Shown: one piece after another, positions 8,529-17,140 of the stretch
Position numbering within the stretch: position 1 is the first letter of the stretch
Layout: the number at the start of each line of letters is the position of its first letter
Assembly (NCBI GenBank): GCA_038889075.1
Contig: JAWAHS010000010.1
Span: 1-22,968, forward strand
Length of the DNA stretch: 22,968 nucleotides
From: Ignisphaera sp.
GTDB lineage: Archaea; Thermoproteota; Thermoprotei_A; Sulfolobales; Ignisphaeraceae
Direction: 5' to 3'
Position numbers and translations under genes: made by a program
Notes under the pieces: model-generated
What the model was told of the DNA's origin: nothing
Database searches by the model: none
Seen by the model: the letters and a program-made list of their open reading frames with translations, nothing else

Positions 8529-9521
8529 CTATATAGGGGTGAGGGAGGTTAGGGTATCTCTCAGTAACTTCTCTATATAGTTGTATAGGAGGGTTTTCTT
8601 TAATCTGGTTGGCAGTGGTAGACCTAGGGATATTTTGAGTATACTGTTTATCTTTAGTGGAGCTCCCGCTGCTCTTACATGTCCTCCCCCTCCAAGTCTT
8701 CTGGCTATCTCCCTAACATTGTAGTCTCTCGATCTGAAGCTTATGCTGCTAAGGTCGTGTCTAACTATAGCGGCTATGCTGCAGTTGCATATATTCAGCA
8801 ATGCATTGCCTACTATGCTCTGGTTTGGAATGTCGAAATCTCTATAGTATAGACAAATCCTTCTACCTTCAATATCGAACTCCCTAGCATCTCTACATAT
8901 ACTTGTTACGATCCTAAGCTCTTCATCTATATACCTCTCGACAAAGGGTTCTATCCATTCGATAAACTGGCTGACCTCTATGCTCCTTTCAATAGCATCC
9001 AGTATATCCCTAAATGCCCTATCCAAACCATAGAACCTCTTAACATAGTCTGTATATCGATAGAGATACGGAGCCTCCCACCTATAGAAATCCCACGAAT
9101 CAACAGCACACGTCACATCCACATACTCCATAGCTACAGCAGTTTCTATCCCAAGAGATTTTGCAACAACATTAGCTGCACACCTTGAACTGGAATCGAT
9201 ATCCATATCGATGTATCTGGATAGTTCTCCAACCCACTCACGCTCCCATATATGATGATCATACCAGTGCACCTCAGCCACACCAGATCCACTATCTAGA
9301 CATCTTAGCAAATCTCTAAAGCTATCACTACCCAACCCTATATCCATAACCGCAACAGAGCTACATACACCCCCATCAATAAGGTTGCACAGCTTTTCAC
9401 CAACTTCTGTAGGTTCGATAAACACCACATTGTATCCACCCCTTCTAATACCAGCACCAATGATGTACACAGCTGCACTAACAACTCCATCGAGATCCGT
9501 ATGGGTTACTATACAGTGCAT
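8529..9521 (-). CDS. DHH/DHHA1 family phosphoesterase
   Basis: HTDLDG, VMDIG, WYDHH, VDSW, SFRS and GGGGHVRAAG motifs. Confidence 0.9.
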   Translation of the reverse strand: MHCIVTHTDLDGVVSAAVYIIGAGIRRGGYNVVFIEPTEVGEKLCNLIDGGVCSSVAVMDIGLGSDSFRDLLRCLDSGSGVAEVHWYDHHIWEREWVGELSRYIDMDIDSSSRCAANVVAKSLGIETAVAMEYVDVTCAVDSWDFYRWEAPYLYRYTDYVKRFYGLDRAFRDILDAIERSIEVSQFIEWIEPFVERYIDEELRIVTSICRDAREFDIEGRRICLYYRDFDIPNQSIVGNALLNICNCSIAAIVRHDLSSISFRSRDYNVREIARRLGGGGHVRAAGAPLKINSILKISLGLPLPTRLKKTLLYNYIEKLLRDTLTSLTPI

Positions 9522-9747
9522 TCCAATATACCCGGCATTCCAGGTTCTAGACTCTAGAAGAGATCACAATATAAAAAGCTGATAAAGTGTAACTCTAGAG
9601 CTCTACCACACCTAAGCTCTTACAGCTCCATACCTAGAGGGTACTACGTCTTCGATGGCTATAGCTAATACACCTCTAGCTGTACTCCAGCAATAGTGTC
9701 AACAGCGATATTTATTATCTCTTCCCGTACATCTCTGCAGGAGGCCT

Positions 9748-10306
9748 ATGTCATGTCTGTATATAGAGGTTATTGTAGGGTTTGCATCGACAACGGCTAC
9801 AATAGTTATTAGCATAGCCGTCTTTGAGCTTTTGGCTCAGTAAAATTTCAGAATATCGATGACAGATTTACTGAATTTGAGGAATATGTTGATGGGAGAT
9901 GGTGGTATGGAGAAGCGTTTTGATGGGAGGCTTAACAGACTTACACATCCTCTGCAATCATTTAATAGGTTTCTGATATCCTACCTCACTAGCGGGTGGA
10001 TTATCCCTGTAAGGTCTAGGGATCTCCTGATATCAAAGGCTAGAAATATTCTAAAGCATACTGTGGCGAATCCATTCTCTTCTCTAAGGAGGAGCTTGAG
10101 AAGCTTAGAAACTATGTAGAGAATGTTCTGGATACATTTACAGTGAGGAAGCATATGAGTTTCTAGAACTTGCAAGAAAGTTTGTCCTAGAGTATGGAAA
10201 TAGGGTCGAGCCTTGGAAACCGCACCTCTACGTAGCCCTTGTGTACTGCTATACACTGAGAAGGGTATATGGAGAAAAGAGAGCAGGGGAGAAGCAGGAG
10301 AAGTAG
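9748..10306 (+). pseudogene. Possible fragmented gene of unknown family
   Basis: Consecutive coding-like segments in different frames: 9748-9843 hydrophobic peptide after GGAGG; 9859-~10060; FSKEELEKLR; then KLCRECSGYIYSEEAYEFLELARKFVLEYG ending at TAG 10306. Confidence 0.35.
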
Positions 10307-10356
10307 AACCATTTCCACAACAATGCTCAGCTCCTAGATTCTCAACTACACTATTG

Positions 10357-10430
10357 CTACCCATATACCGCTCTTCCACTCTAAAAATTTAGACTACCCA
10401 TATACCGCTCTTCCACTCTAAAAATTTAGA
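10357..10430. repeat. Exact 37-bp tandem duplication
   Basis: CTACCCATATACCGCTCTTCCACTCTAAAAATTTAGA at 10357-10393 and 10394-10430, with no spacer. Confidence 0.95.
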
Positions 10431-10510
10431 AATCTGCGATCGGATGTATTAAAAATGGATTGGGTAGATATAGAAAAAGGTTGTTAGGTAAATAACAACA
10501 ATCTCTATTT

Positions 10511-12136
10511 CTATCTAATTATTAGTGGTAGTGTGTATATTAGGAATGATGTTAGGGCTGAGCCTGCAATGCTTCCAGAGCCACCTATGAAGAATACATC
10601 CCTTACTCTCTCTCTGTATATTCTACTTAGGATCACCCTTGCAGCTATGGTTGCAAGGGATACTACACCAGCCATTGGATTGAGTATCATGAGACCTGTG
10701 GCTAGTAGGATGCCGATCTGCTTTTCCGGACCTCCAATAAGCTGTACTATAAACCCTATTGGTGCCCACATAAGTAGGTAGTTCATTAGCTGGGGATCTG
10801 CGGCTGCAAAGGAGGCTGTTGCAAGGGTTCTTGCTGCAGGTGGGAAGAGGTCGTGTGTAAAGTAGCCTGTGTAGACGAGGAGCACTATAGCTAGAGCAAT
10901 TAGGAGCGCCACTACCTCTGCAAGGAATTGCCAGAATCTACCAGCACGTTCAAATTTTGGATCCTTACCCTCTCCTCTCAACATCCACCCGGTCTTTAAA
11001 TCATATGATAGATCGGCCATTCCAGGACCTGTGGCAGCTACATATGCAGCTCCGATGGCGAGGGCAACTGGTGGGAAGCCTAGGAGTAGCCCTATCATTA
11101 GGGTAGCTAGTGCTGTAGCAAATGCTGGGAACCACCCTGCATGCATTCCAGAGAGTGCGCATACAAGGGTTGTCCACAGAGCACCGACACCAAAGTACAG
11201 TATCCACGCAATTGTATGGCTAAGGCTCATCATGTTGTTGAGGCCTAGGCCAAAGGCAAGGGCTGCAGCTCCAATAAGCCATAGCACTAGTGCTAGTGAA
11301 ATGCTTCTAAGAGCCTCACCTGCACTAACAAGGGTTGATATCGCTGGGCTGCTGGAACCTGCTGAGGATCTAGGGGAGGACATCCTTCTTCTGGTTCTGA
11401 TATACAGTATAACAAATTGGAGAATGGCTGCAATGCCAGCCCCTATCATGATTCCATGTGGGGCGTACATCTTATATAGATCGATTCCAAACCACTGGGG
11501 TGAATATGCCCTTAGGATAAGCCCTATTCCAAACATTGCTATAGCCCATACATTGCCTATCAATGCTATACCCATAACGTCACCCGGGTACCTAAAGTAT
11601 GTAAGTAGTGCTCCAACAATACCACCGTATAGGAGGAGCAGTGCTTTCTTTCCCCTCTCGAGGCCGGCTCTTATAGATAGTGCTGTAGACACCCCTATTG
11701 GCCACGGATTTGATGCTGGATAGAATGGCGAGTCGAATATCTTATAGGCTAGAATAAGATCTATCAAACCAGAGAACAGTAGACCCACTAGAGCCCCGTA
11801 GATCATATATGGAAGTAGCACACCAGCTTTTGCACCCGCCAGCCATACAACGGCCAGACCTAGTAGCAGAACATTTCCAGCTGTAAATGTGGCTCCAGAG
11901 ATCACGGTCTGTATAATATTTACCCTGTGTACGTTCAGGAAGTACTTTCTCGTAAATCTCGTTGGGAGGTAGCCCACACCTATGGCTATAAGAGCTCCTA
12001 TTATAGAGGTATTAGGGTTGATCCCTACACGAACTATAAGCTCAACCCCTATTATAGCACCCAGTACACCTATTAAAGCCCCTGCTACAAGTAGTACAGG
12101 TTCGTATAGCTTCGGGTGGTACTCACCCGAACTCAT
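10511..12136 (-). CDS. OPT/YSL-family oligopeptide transporter
   Basis: Highly hydrophobic 541 aa; GINPNTSIIGA, N.IQT.ISGATF, PWPIGVSTA, GMHAGWFPAFA, ADLSYDLKTGW, GILLATGL; GGTGA RBS upstream. Confidence 0.85.
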   Translation of the reverse strand: MSSGEYHPKLYEPVLLVAGALIGVLGAIIGVELIVRVGINPNTSIIGALIAIGVGYLPTRFTRKYFLNVHRVNIIQTVISGATFTAGNVLLLGLAVVWLAGAKAGVLLPYMIYGALVGLLFSGLIDLILAYKIFDSPFYPASNPWPIGVSTALSIRAGLERGKKALLLLYGGIVGALLTYFRYPGDVMGIALIGNVWAIAMFGIGLILRAYSPQWFGIDLYKMYAPHGIMIGAGIAAILQFVILYIRTRRRMSSPRSSAGSSSPAISTLVSAGEALRSISLALVLWLIGAAALAFGLGLNNMMSLSHTIAWILYFGVGALWTTLVCALSGMHAGWFPAFATALATLMIGLLLGFPPVALAIGAAYVAATGPGMADLSYDLKTGWMLRGEGKDPKFERAGRFWQFLAEVVALLIALAIVLLVYTGYFTHDLFPPAARTLATASFAAADPQLMNYLLMWAPIGFIVQLIGGPEKQIGILLATGLMILNPMAGVVSLATIAARVILSRIYRERVRDVFFIGGSGSIAGSALTSFLIYTLPLIIR

Positions 12137-12164
12137 CTGTACTCACCTGCAGAGCTCTACATAG

Positions 12165-12220
12165 GAACAGATATATAACCTTTTTGTATGCTATCTTCAT
12201 ATATAGATTTATATAGTTTC
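12165..12220. promoter_or_regulatory. Back-to-back promoters for the OPT gene (-) and the DUF1177 operon (+)
   Basis: Minus strand AAAAAGG-TTATATAT at 12171-12185; plus strand TTTATATA at 12208-12215; each lies about 35 nt from its start codon. Confidence 0.6.
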
Positions 12221-12250
12221 TATAAACATACTAATACCGGTGGTAATCGC

Positions 12251-13198
12251 TTGTCCACCTTGAAACACGTAATGGAGATAGCAGACTTGCTGGAGGATCC
12301 AAAGGTAAATGGTGAGGTTATCAGAGGCTTCTTCACTGCAAAGGGCTATAGTGATATTGGGATAGAGATCGAGACTATTAGAGGAGATAAGGGCTCTACG
12401 GATTTTATAACAGTAAGGATCCCCGGGGCTAGCGGTAGGCTATCCGGTGGTTCATCACCTACACTTGGGATCGTTGGTAGGCTTGGGGGTATAGGTGCAA
12501 GGCCTGCTCTGATAGGGATGGTATCCGATGCTGATGGCGCTATAGTTGCACTAGCATCCGCATATAAGATTGCTGAGCTGAGGAAGCGGGGTGATGTACT
12601 ACCTGGAGATGTTGTTGTTACAACCCATGTATGTCCAGCAGCTCCTACAAGACCTCACAAGCCTGTACCGATGATGGACTCCCCAGTGGATATATTTACA
12701 CTACTTAAAAGGGAGGTTAAGGATGAAATGGATGCTATTCTATCAGTTGATGCAACCAAGGCGAATTGGGTTATAAAGCATACAGGATTTGCAATAACAC
12801 CAACGGTTAAGGAGGGATGGATCCTTAGGGTGAGCCCTGATTTAATAGATATATACATTAGGGTTACAGGAGAGCCCCCTGTCATAGTTCCGATAACAAT
12901 GCAGGATCTAACACCATATACAACACCAGTGTACCATATAAACAGTATGATGCAGCCATGGCTCTACACCACAGCACCTGTTGTAGGTGTCGCCATAACA
13001 GCTAGAATGGCATTGCCTGGTTCTGGAACAGGTGTAACAAATCTCATTGCATTAGAGCAAGCAACGAGATTTGTTGTAGAGGTTGCTAAGGACTTTACAT
13101 CAGGTAGGGCGAAATTCTATGATGAAGGTGAGTGGGAGACCTTGATGAAGATACACGGATCTGTGAAGAATATTTTGGGTAGAGGTGCACCGGCTTAG
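12251..13198 (+). CDS. DUF1177 family protein
   Basis: KGSTDFI, PTLGIVGRLGGIGARP, GMVSDADGA, THVCP.APTRPH.PVPMM.SPVD, ILSVDATKAN, PTVKEGWILRVS, QDLTPY...YHINS..QP; TTG 12251 after GGTGG RBS. Confidence 0.85.
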   Translation: MSTLKHVMEIADLLEDPKVNGEVIRGFFTAKGYSDIGIEIETIRGDKGSTDFITVRIPGASGRLSGGSSPTLGIVGRLGGIGARPALIGMVSDADGAIVALASAYKIAELRKRGDVLPGDVVVTTHVCPAAPTRPHKPVPMMDSPVDIFTLLKREVKDEMDAILSVDATKANWVIKHTGFAITPTVKEGWILRVSPDLIDIYIRVTGEPPVIVPITMQDLTPYTTPVYHINSMMQPWLYTTAPVVGVAITARMALPGSGTGVTNLIALEQATRFVVEVAKDFTSGRAKFYDEGEWETLMKIHGSVKNILGRGAPA

Positions 13199-13210
13199 CT
13201 AGGCGATTCT

Positions 13211-13867
13211 ATGGTCTATAGAGTAGGGCTTATTAGAGTCGTTACACTAGATGATGAGAATATTTTAAATCTGCATGGAAGGGTTATCGAGAAGATATTT
13301 CCAGAGCTAAGGGTTGTGAGTAGGTGTATCTGGGATCAGCCAAGGGGTATATATGATCGTGAGAGTGAGGAGGTTGCAAAACCCAAGATACTGCAACTTG
13401 CTAGAGAGTTTGAGAGAGATGGTGTTGATGCTATCATAGTGAGTTGCGCTGCTGATCCAGCGGTAGAAGAGGCTAGAAGGATACTGAGGATACCTGTTAT
13501 AGGTGCGGGCTCATCTGCAGCTGGATTGGCTCTATCATATGGTAGGAGGGTAGCTGTTTTGAATCTAACAGAGGATACTCCAGAGGTTATTAGGAGAATT
13601 CTCGGTGAGCATCTGGTTGCTGAAGATAGACCTATAGGTGTTAGGAACACAATTGATCTGATGAGTGGATGGGGTAGGGAAGCTGCAAGGGAAGCTCTGA
13701 AGCGAATTTCCGAAAAGAGTATAGATGTTATTGTACTTGGATGCACTGGGTATACCACCATAGGTTTTGCATCAACTGCTAGAGAGATTGTTAGAGTACC
13801 TGTTATAGATCCTGTTGTAGCAGCTGGAGCAGCTACATTACACATTCTAAAAAGTAGTCTAGGGTGA
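13211..13867 (+). CDS. Asp/Glu/hydantoin racemase family protein
   Basis: Two catalytic-type Cys motifs, IVSCAADP and VLGCTG; IPVIGAG, VPVIDPV. Confidence 0.88.
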   Translation: MVYRVGLIRVVTLDDENILNLHGRVIEKIFPELRVVSRCIWDQPRGIYDRESEEVAKPKILQLAREFERDGVDAIIVSCAADPAVEEARRILRIPVIGAGSSAAGLALSYGRRVAVLNLTEDTPEVIRRILGEHLVAEDRPIGVRNTIDLMSGWGREAAREALKRISEKSIDVIVLGCTGYTTIGFASTAREIVRVPVIDPVVAAGAATLHILKSSLG

Positions 13868-13874
13868 AGCTACA

Positions 13875-14948
13875 CTGAGGCTAAAGATCGACGAATCCAT
13901 AGCCGAGGCAGCTATCTATGGAGGCGCATTTTTTGGCGGTGGTGGAGGAGGTGATGTAGCTACAGGATTGAAAATAGCTAGAATAGCTATAGAGTTTGGA
14001 GATGTTGTAGTTGTAGACATAGAATCGGTATCCGAGGATAGATACATAGTAACCTCATCAATAGTCGGTGCACCTGCAGCTAAGGAGAAGTATCTACTAC
14101 CTACACATATGGTTAGATCAGCGGAGCTCTTCATAGACACATTTGGAGAGAGTGTAGGGGGATTCATATCGTCTGAAAATGGAGGAGCTTCTACGGCTAA
14201 CGGATGGATTCCATCAGCTGTTCTCGGCATTCCAATAGTTGATGCACCTGCTGATGGTAGAGCTCACCCAACAGGTGTTATGGGTTCCATGGGGCTGCAT
14301 AGGTTGAAGGACTACGTATCTCTACAGGTTGCAGTTGGAGGTAGTAAGCTGGCTGGAAGATATGTTGAGGTTATTGCAAGGGGTTCCCTGGATAAAGTTG
14401 ACAGAATTATCAGGGAGGCTGCTGTTCAGGCTGGGGGTATGGTGGCTGTAACTAGAAACCCCCTTAAACCAGGCTACGTGAAGGAGAATGCAGCTGTTGG
14501 AGCTCTTAGTAAAGCTATAGAGGTTGGTAGAATTATTAGGAGGCACTGGGGTGATGCTGAGGCTATATGCAGTGCAGTTATAGGATACCTTGGTGGGGGC
14601 AGTATAGTTGATAGGGGTGTGGTTGAAAAGGTATCGCTGGAGACTAGAGGTGGTTACGATATAGGAAGCGTTGTTGTAAGAGGTGGAGGAGGTATATATG
14701 AAATAACGTTTTGGAATGAGTATATGACGTTGGAGGACTCTATGGGTAGAAGACTTGCAGCATTTCCAGATCTGATAGCGACTATAGATGCTGAATCAGG
14801 TGTGCCGATAACCTCTGCAGAGATTAGAACGGGCAATAGTGTATTTATAGTTGCGATTCCCAAGGAATATATACCTCTCGGTTCGGGTGTCAAGGACCCT
14901 GAGATACTAGCACAAGTGGAAAGTGTTGTAGGTAGAAAGCTTGGGTGA
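13875..14948 (+). CDS. DUF917 family protein (thiohydantoin desulfurase/desulfhydrase-like)
   Basis: AAIYGGAFFGGGGGG (upstream of the ORF-track start 13968), VGAP, SENGG...NG, IVDAPADGRAHP, NEY, FPDLI; the frame opens after TAG at 13860-13862 and the likely start is CTG 13875. Confidence 0.85.
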   Translation: MRLKIDESIAEAAIYGGAFFGGGGGGDVATGLKIARIAIEFGDVVVVDIESVSEDRYIVTSSIVGAPAAKEKYLLPTHMVRSAELFIDTFGESVGGFISSENGGASTANGWIPSAVLGIPIVDAPADGRAHPTGVMGSMGLHRLKDYVSLQVAVGGSKLAGRYVEVIARGSLDKVDRIIREAAVQAGGMVAVTRNPLKPGYVKENAAVGALSKAIEVGRIIRRHWGDAEAICSAVIGYLGGGSIVDRGVVEKVSLETRGGYDIGSVVVRGGGGIYEITFWNEYMTLEDSMGRRLAAFPDLIATIDAESGVPITSAEIRTGNSVFIVAIPKEYIPLGSGVKDPEILAQVESVVGRKLG

Positions 14949-14954
14949 AGGACT

Positions 14955-15614
14955 TTGAGAAGAGTAGGTTTTGTAACAATCGGACAGTCTCCGAGGGTCG
15001 ATGTAGTATCGGAGATGCTGCCCATTTTAGGTAACATTGAAATTGTTGAGTGTGGTGCTCTAGACGACCTTAGCAGAGACGAGATAGAGCTCCTAGCTCC
15101 TAGAGAGAGTGGATACATACTAGTCTCTAGACTTAGAGACGGCTCTGAGGTTAAAATGGATAGGGAGAAGATACTTCCACTTGTCCAGAGGTGTATAGAT
15201 AGGGTTGAAAGAGAAGCAGATGTGGTTGGACTTCTCTGTACAGGTGAATTTCCAGAACTTAAATCGAGTAAGCTTCTAATCGAGCCATCGGAAATCCTGC
15301 TAAAGGTTGTAGAGGCGTTAAAGGTCAGAAGACTAGGTGTTGTTGTACCTAACCCAGGGCAGATCGAGCTAACCAAGATAAAATGGTCGAAGGTTACGGA
15401 AGCCGTTACCGTTGTTAGCGCATCGCCGTATACCGAAGGTATTGAGGAGATTAGAAGGGTCAGCACCCATCTACGGAATTGTGATCTAATTGTTCTGGAT
15501 TGCATCGGATATACTACGGATGCTAGAAGAGCTGCTGTAGAAGCTACCGGAAAGCCTGTACTACTTCCAAGAACCCTCATGGCCCATATAATAAGAGATC
15601 TTATTGAGGGATAG
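14955..15614 (+). CDS. aroM: AroM family protein (racemase-like fold)
   Basis: VTIGQSPRVDV, GALDDL, LVSRLRDGSEV, LLCTGEFP, ASPY, LDCIGYT, PVLLPR. Confidence 0.85.
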   Translation: MRRVGFVTIGQSPRVDVVSEMLPILGNIEIVECGALDDLSRDEIELLAPRESGYILVSRLRDGSEVKMDREKILPLVQRCIDRVEREADVVGLLCTGEFPELKSSKLLIEPSEILLKVVEALKVRRLGVVVPNPGQIELTKIKWSKVTEAVTVVSASPYTEGIEEIRRVSTHLRNCDLIVLDCIGYTTDARRAAVEATGKPVLLPRTLMAHIIRDLIEG

Positions 15615-15616
15615 AG

Positions 15617-16609
15617 ATGGATCTACCAAGAGATTATGTGCTTAAATTCAATGGAGAGATCTTCAGAGCCAGTAGCATAGTATTGACACAGTGTCTGGGG
15701 GTTAGAAATGGTGAGACTGTTTTAATTGTTACAGATGAGATTCTTAGAGGAATAGGTCTCCATATATGGCTGTGTGCAAGAGGGCTCGGTGTTGAGGCTG
15801 TATATATTGAGATGTTCCCTAGGAAGATGCATGGTGAGGAGCCGCCGCGACCTGTTGCTGAAGCTATGAAGTCTGCAGATGTTGTTATTGCACCAACATC
15901 TAAATCCCTAACACATACGGTTGCCAGGGAGGAGGCTACCAAGAGGGGTTGTAGGGTTGCAACAATGCCTGGTATAACTGAGGAGGTATTCATAAGAACT
16001 ATGAATGTAGACTACAGCTACATCCATAGAATCACCGAGGCTATTGGAGGGATCCTGGACAGAGGGAGTAGCGTTAGGATAGAGAGTAGCAGTGGGACGA
16101 ACCTAACGTTCTCTATCGAGGGTAGAAGAGCTAGAAGAAGCTCCGGAATACTTAGAAATCCCGGTGACTGGGGCAATCTCCCAGGTGGTGAAGCATATAT
16201 TGCACCAATTGAGGAGAGCGCTAATGGTGTTGCTGTAATAGATGGTTCTATGGCAGGTATCGGAAAGCTGGCAAATCCCATAAAGATAGTGTTTAGGGAG
16301 GGTTCAATACTATCTATAGAAGGTGGAGATGAGGCTAGAAAGCTAGAGCAGATTCTGTCACAGTATGGTGAGGATGCTAGGAGGCTTGGAGAGTTTGGTA
16401 TAGGTACAAATCCTGGTGCAAGGGTAAGCGGTATCGTTCTTGAGGACGAGAAGGTGCTGGGCACAGTACACATAGCTATTGGAAGCAACTTTGGATTTGG
16501 TGGAAAGATTAAAGTACCCCTACACCTAGATGGCGTTATACTCAAACCTACAGTATATATAGATGGAGATGTGATTATGAAAGAGGGGAAGCTTGCTATA
16601 GAGGTGTAG
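15617..16609 (+). CDS. Aminopeptidase T/M29-like metallopeptidase (thermophilic metalloprotease fold)
   Basis: HGEEPP, SLTHT.AR, ATMPG, GNLPGGEAYIAP, LGEFGIGTNP, LEDEKVLGTVHIAIG.N, HLDG. Confidence 0.85.
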   Translation: MDLPRDYVLKFNGEIFRASSIVLTQCLGVRNGETVLIVTDEILRGIGLHIWLCARGLGVEAVYIEMFPRKMHGEEPPRPVAEAMKSADVVIAPTSKSLTHTVAREEATKRGCRVATMPGITEEVFIRTMNVDYSYIHRITEAIGGILDRGSSVRIESSSGTNLTFSIEGRRARRSSGILRNPGDWGNLPGGEAYIAPIEESANGVAVIDGSMAGIGKLANPIKIVFREGSILSIEGGDEARKLEQILSQYGEDARRLGEFGIGTNPGARVSGIVLEDEKVLGTVHIAIGSNFGFGGKIKVPLHLDGVILKPTVYIDGDVIMKEGKLAIEV

Positions 16610-16615
16610 AGGAAA

Positions 16616-17140
16616 ATGTCATCAGACGATATCCTCGAAATCATAAAGGGTAGGAGGTGTGTAAGAAGATTCAGAGATGGAAGGGAAGATATACCAGATG
16701 AATATATACGTAAAATTCTAGAAGCCGGTATATGGGCACCAAGTGCGGGCAATATACAGCCATGGGAATTCGTAGTTGTTAGGGATAGAGATAAAATTGA
16801 TAAAATAAAGCTCGTTTCACCTGGACTCTTTGGAGATCCCTCAGCAATAATAGTTGTGTGCATAAATCTAGAAAGGGCTAGAAAGGGTGGAAAAGGCGGT
16901 GAGGTAATGGCGATTATGGATGTATCGATGGCTACGCAGAACATGATGCTAATGGCATATAGCTTAGGAATAGGTTCGTGTCCCATTGCATCATTCAGTA
17001 AAACAGCGGTTAAGGAACTGCTTGACATACCTGATCACATTGAGCCGGTACTACTTATAACACTTGGATATGTCGATGCCTGGCCGAATCCTCCAAAGAG
17101 AAGGTCTCTAGAGGAGGTGGTGCACTATGAAGGGTACTGA
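16616..17140 (+). CDS. Nitroreductase family flavoprotein
   Basis: RRCVRRF, APSAGNIQPWEFVVV, DVSMATQNMMLMAYSLGIGSC, LGY, PKRR. Confidence 0.92.
   Translation: MSSDDILEIIKGRRCVRRFRDGREDIPDEYIRKILEAGIWAPSAGNIQPWEFVVVRDRDKIDKIKLVSPGLFGDPSAIIVVCINLERARKGGKGGEVMAIMDVSMATQNMMLMAYSLGIGSCPIASFSKTAVKELLDIPDHIEPVLLITLGYVDAWPNPPKRRSLEEVVHYEGY

Noticed and set aside
9981-10379. 132-aa minus-strand ORF
   Set aside because: It starts inside the tandem repeat and has atypical composition; the plus strand looks more coding-like here
10357-10430. 37-bp repeat as a CRISPR mini-array
   Set aside because: The copies are directly adjacent with no spacer, there are only two units, and there is no cas gene or leader nearby
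10533-12164. Plus-strand ORFs inside the OPT gene (82, 230 and 60 aa)
   Set aside because: Antisense shadows of a hydrophobic membrane-protein gene
14654-17028. Long antisense ORFs (308 aa at 14654-15580 and 336 aa at 16018-17028)
   Set aside because: Ser/Ile/Leu/Pro-rich shadows of well-supported plus-strand genes, with no recognisable motifs
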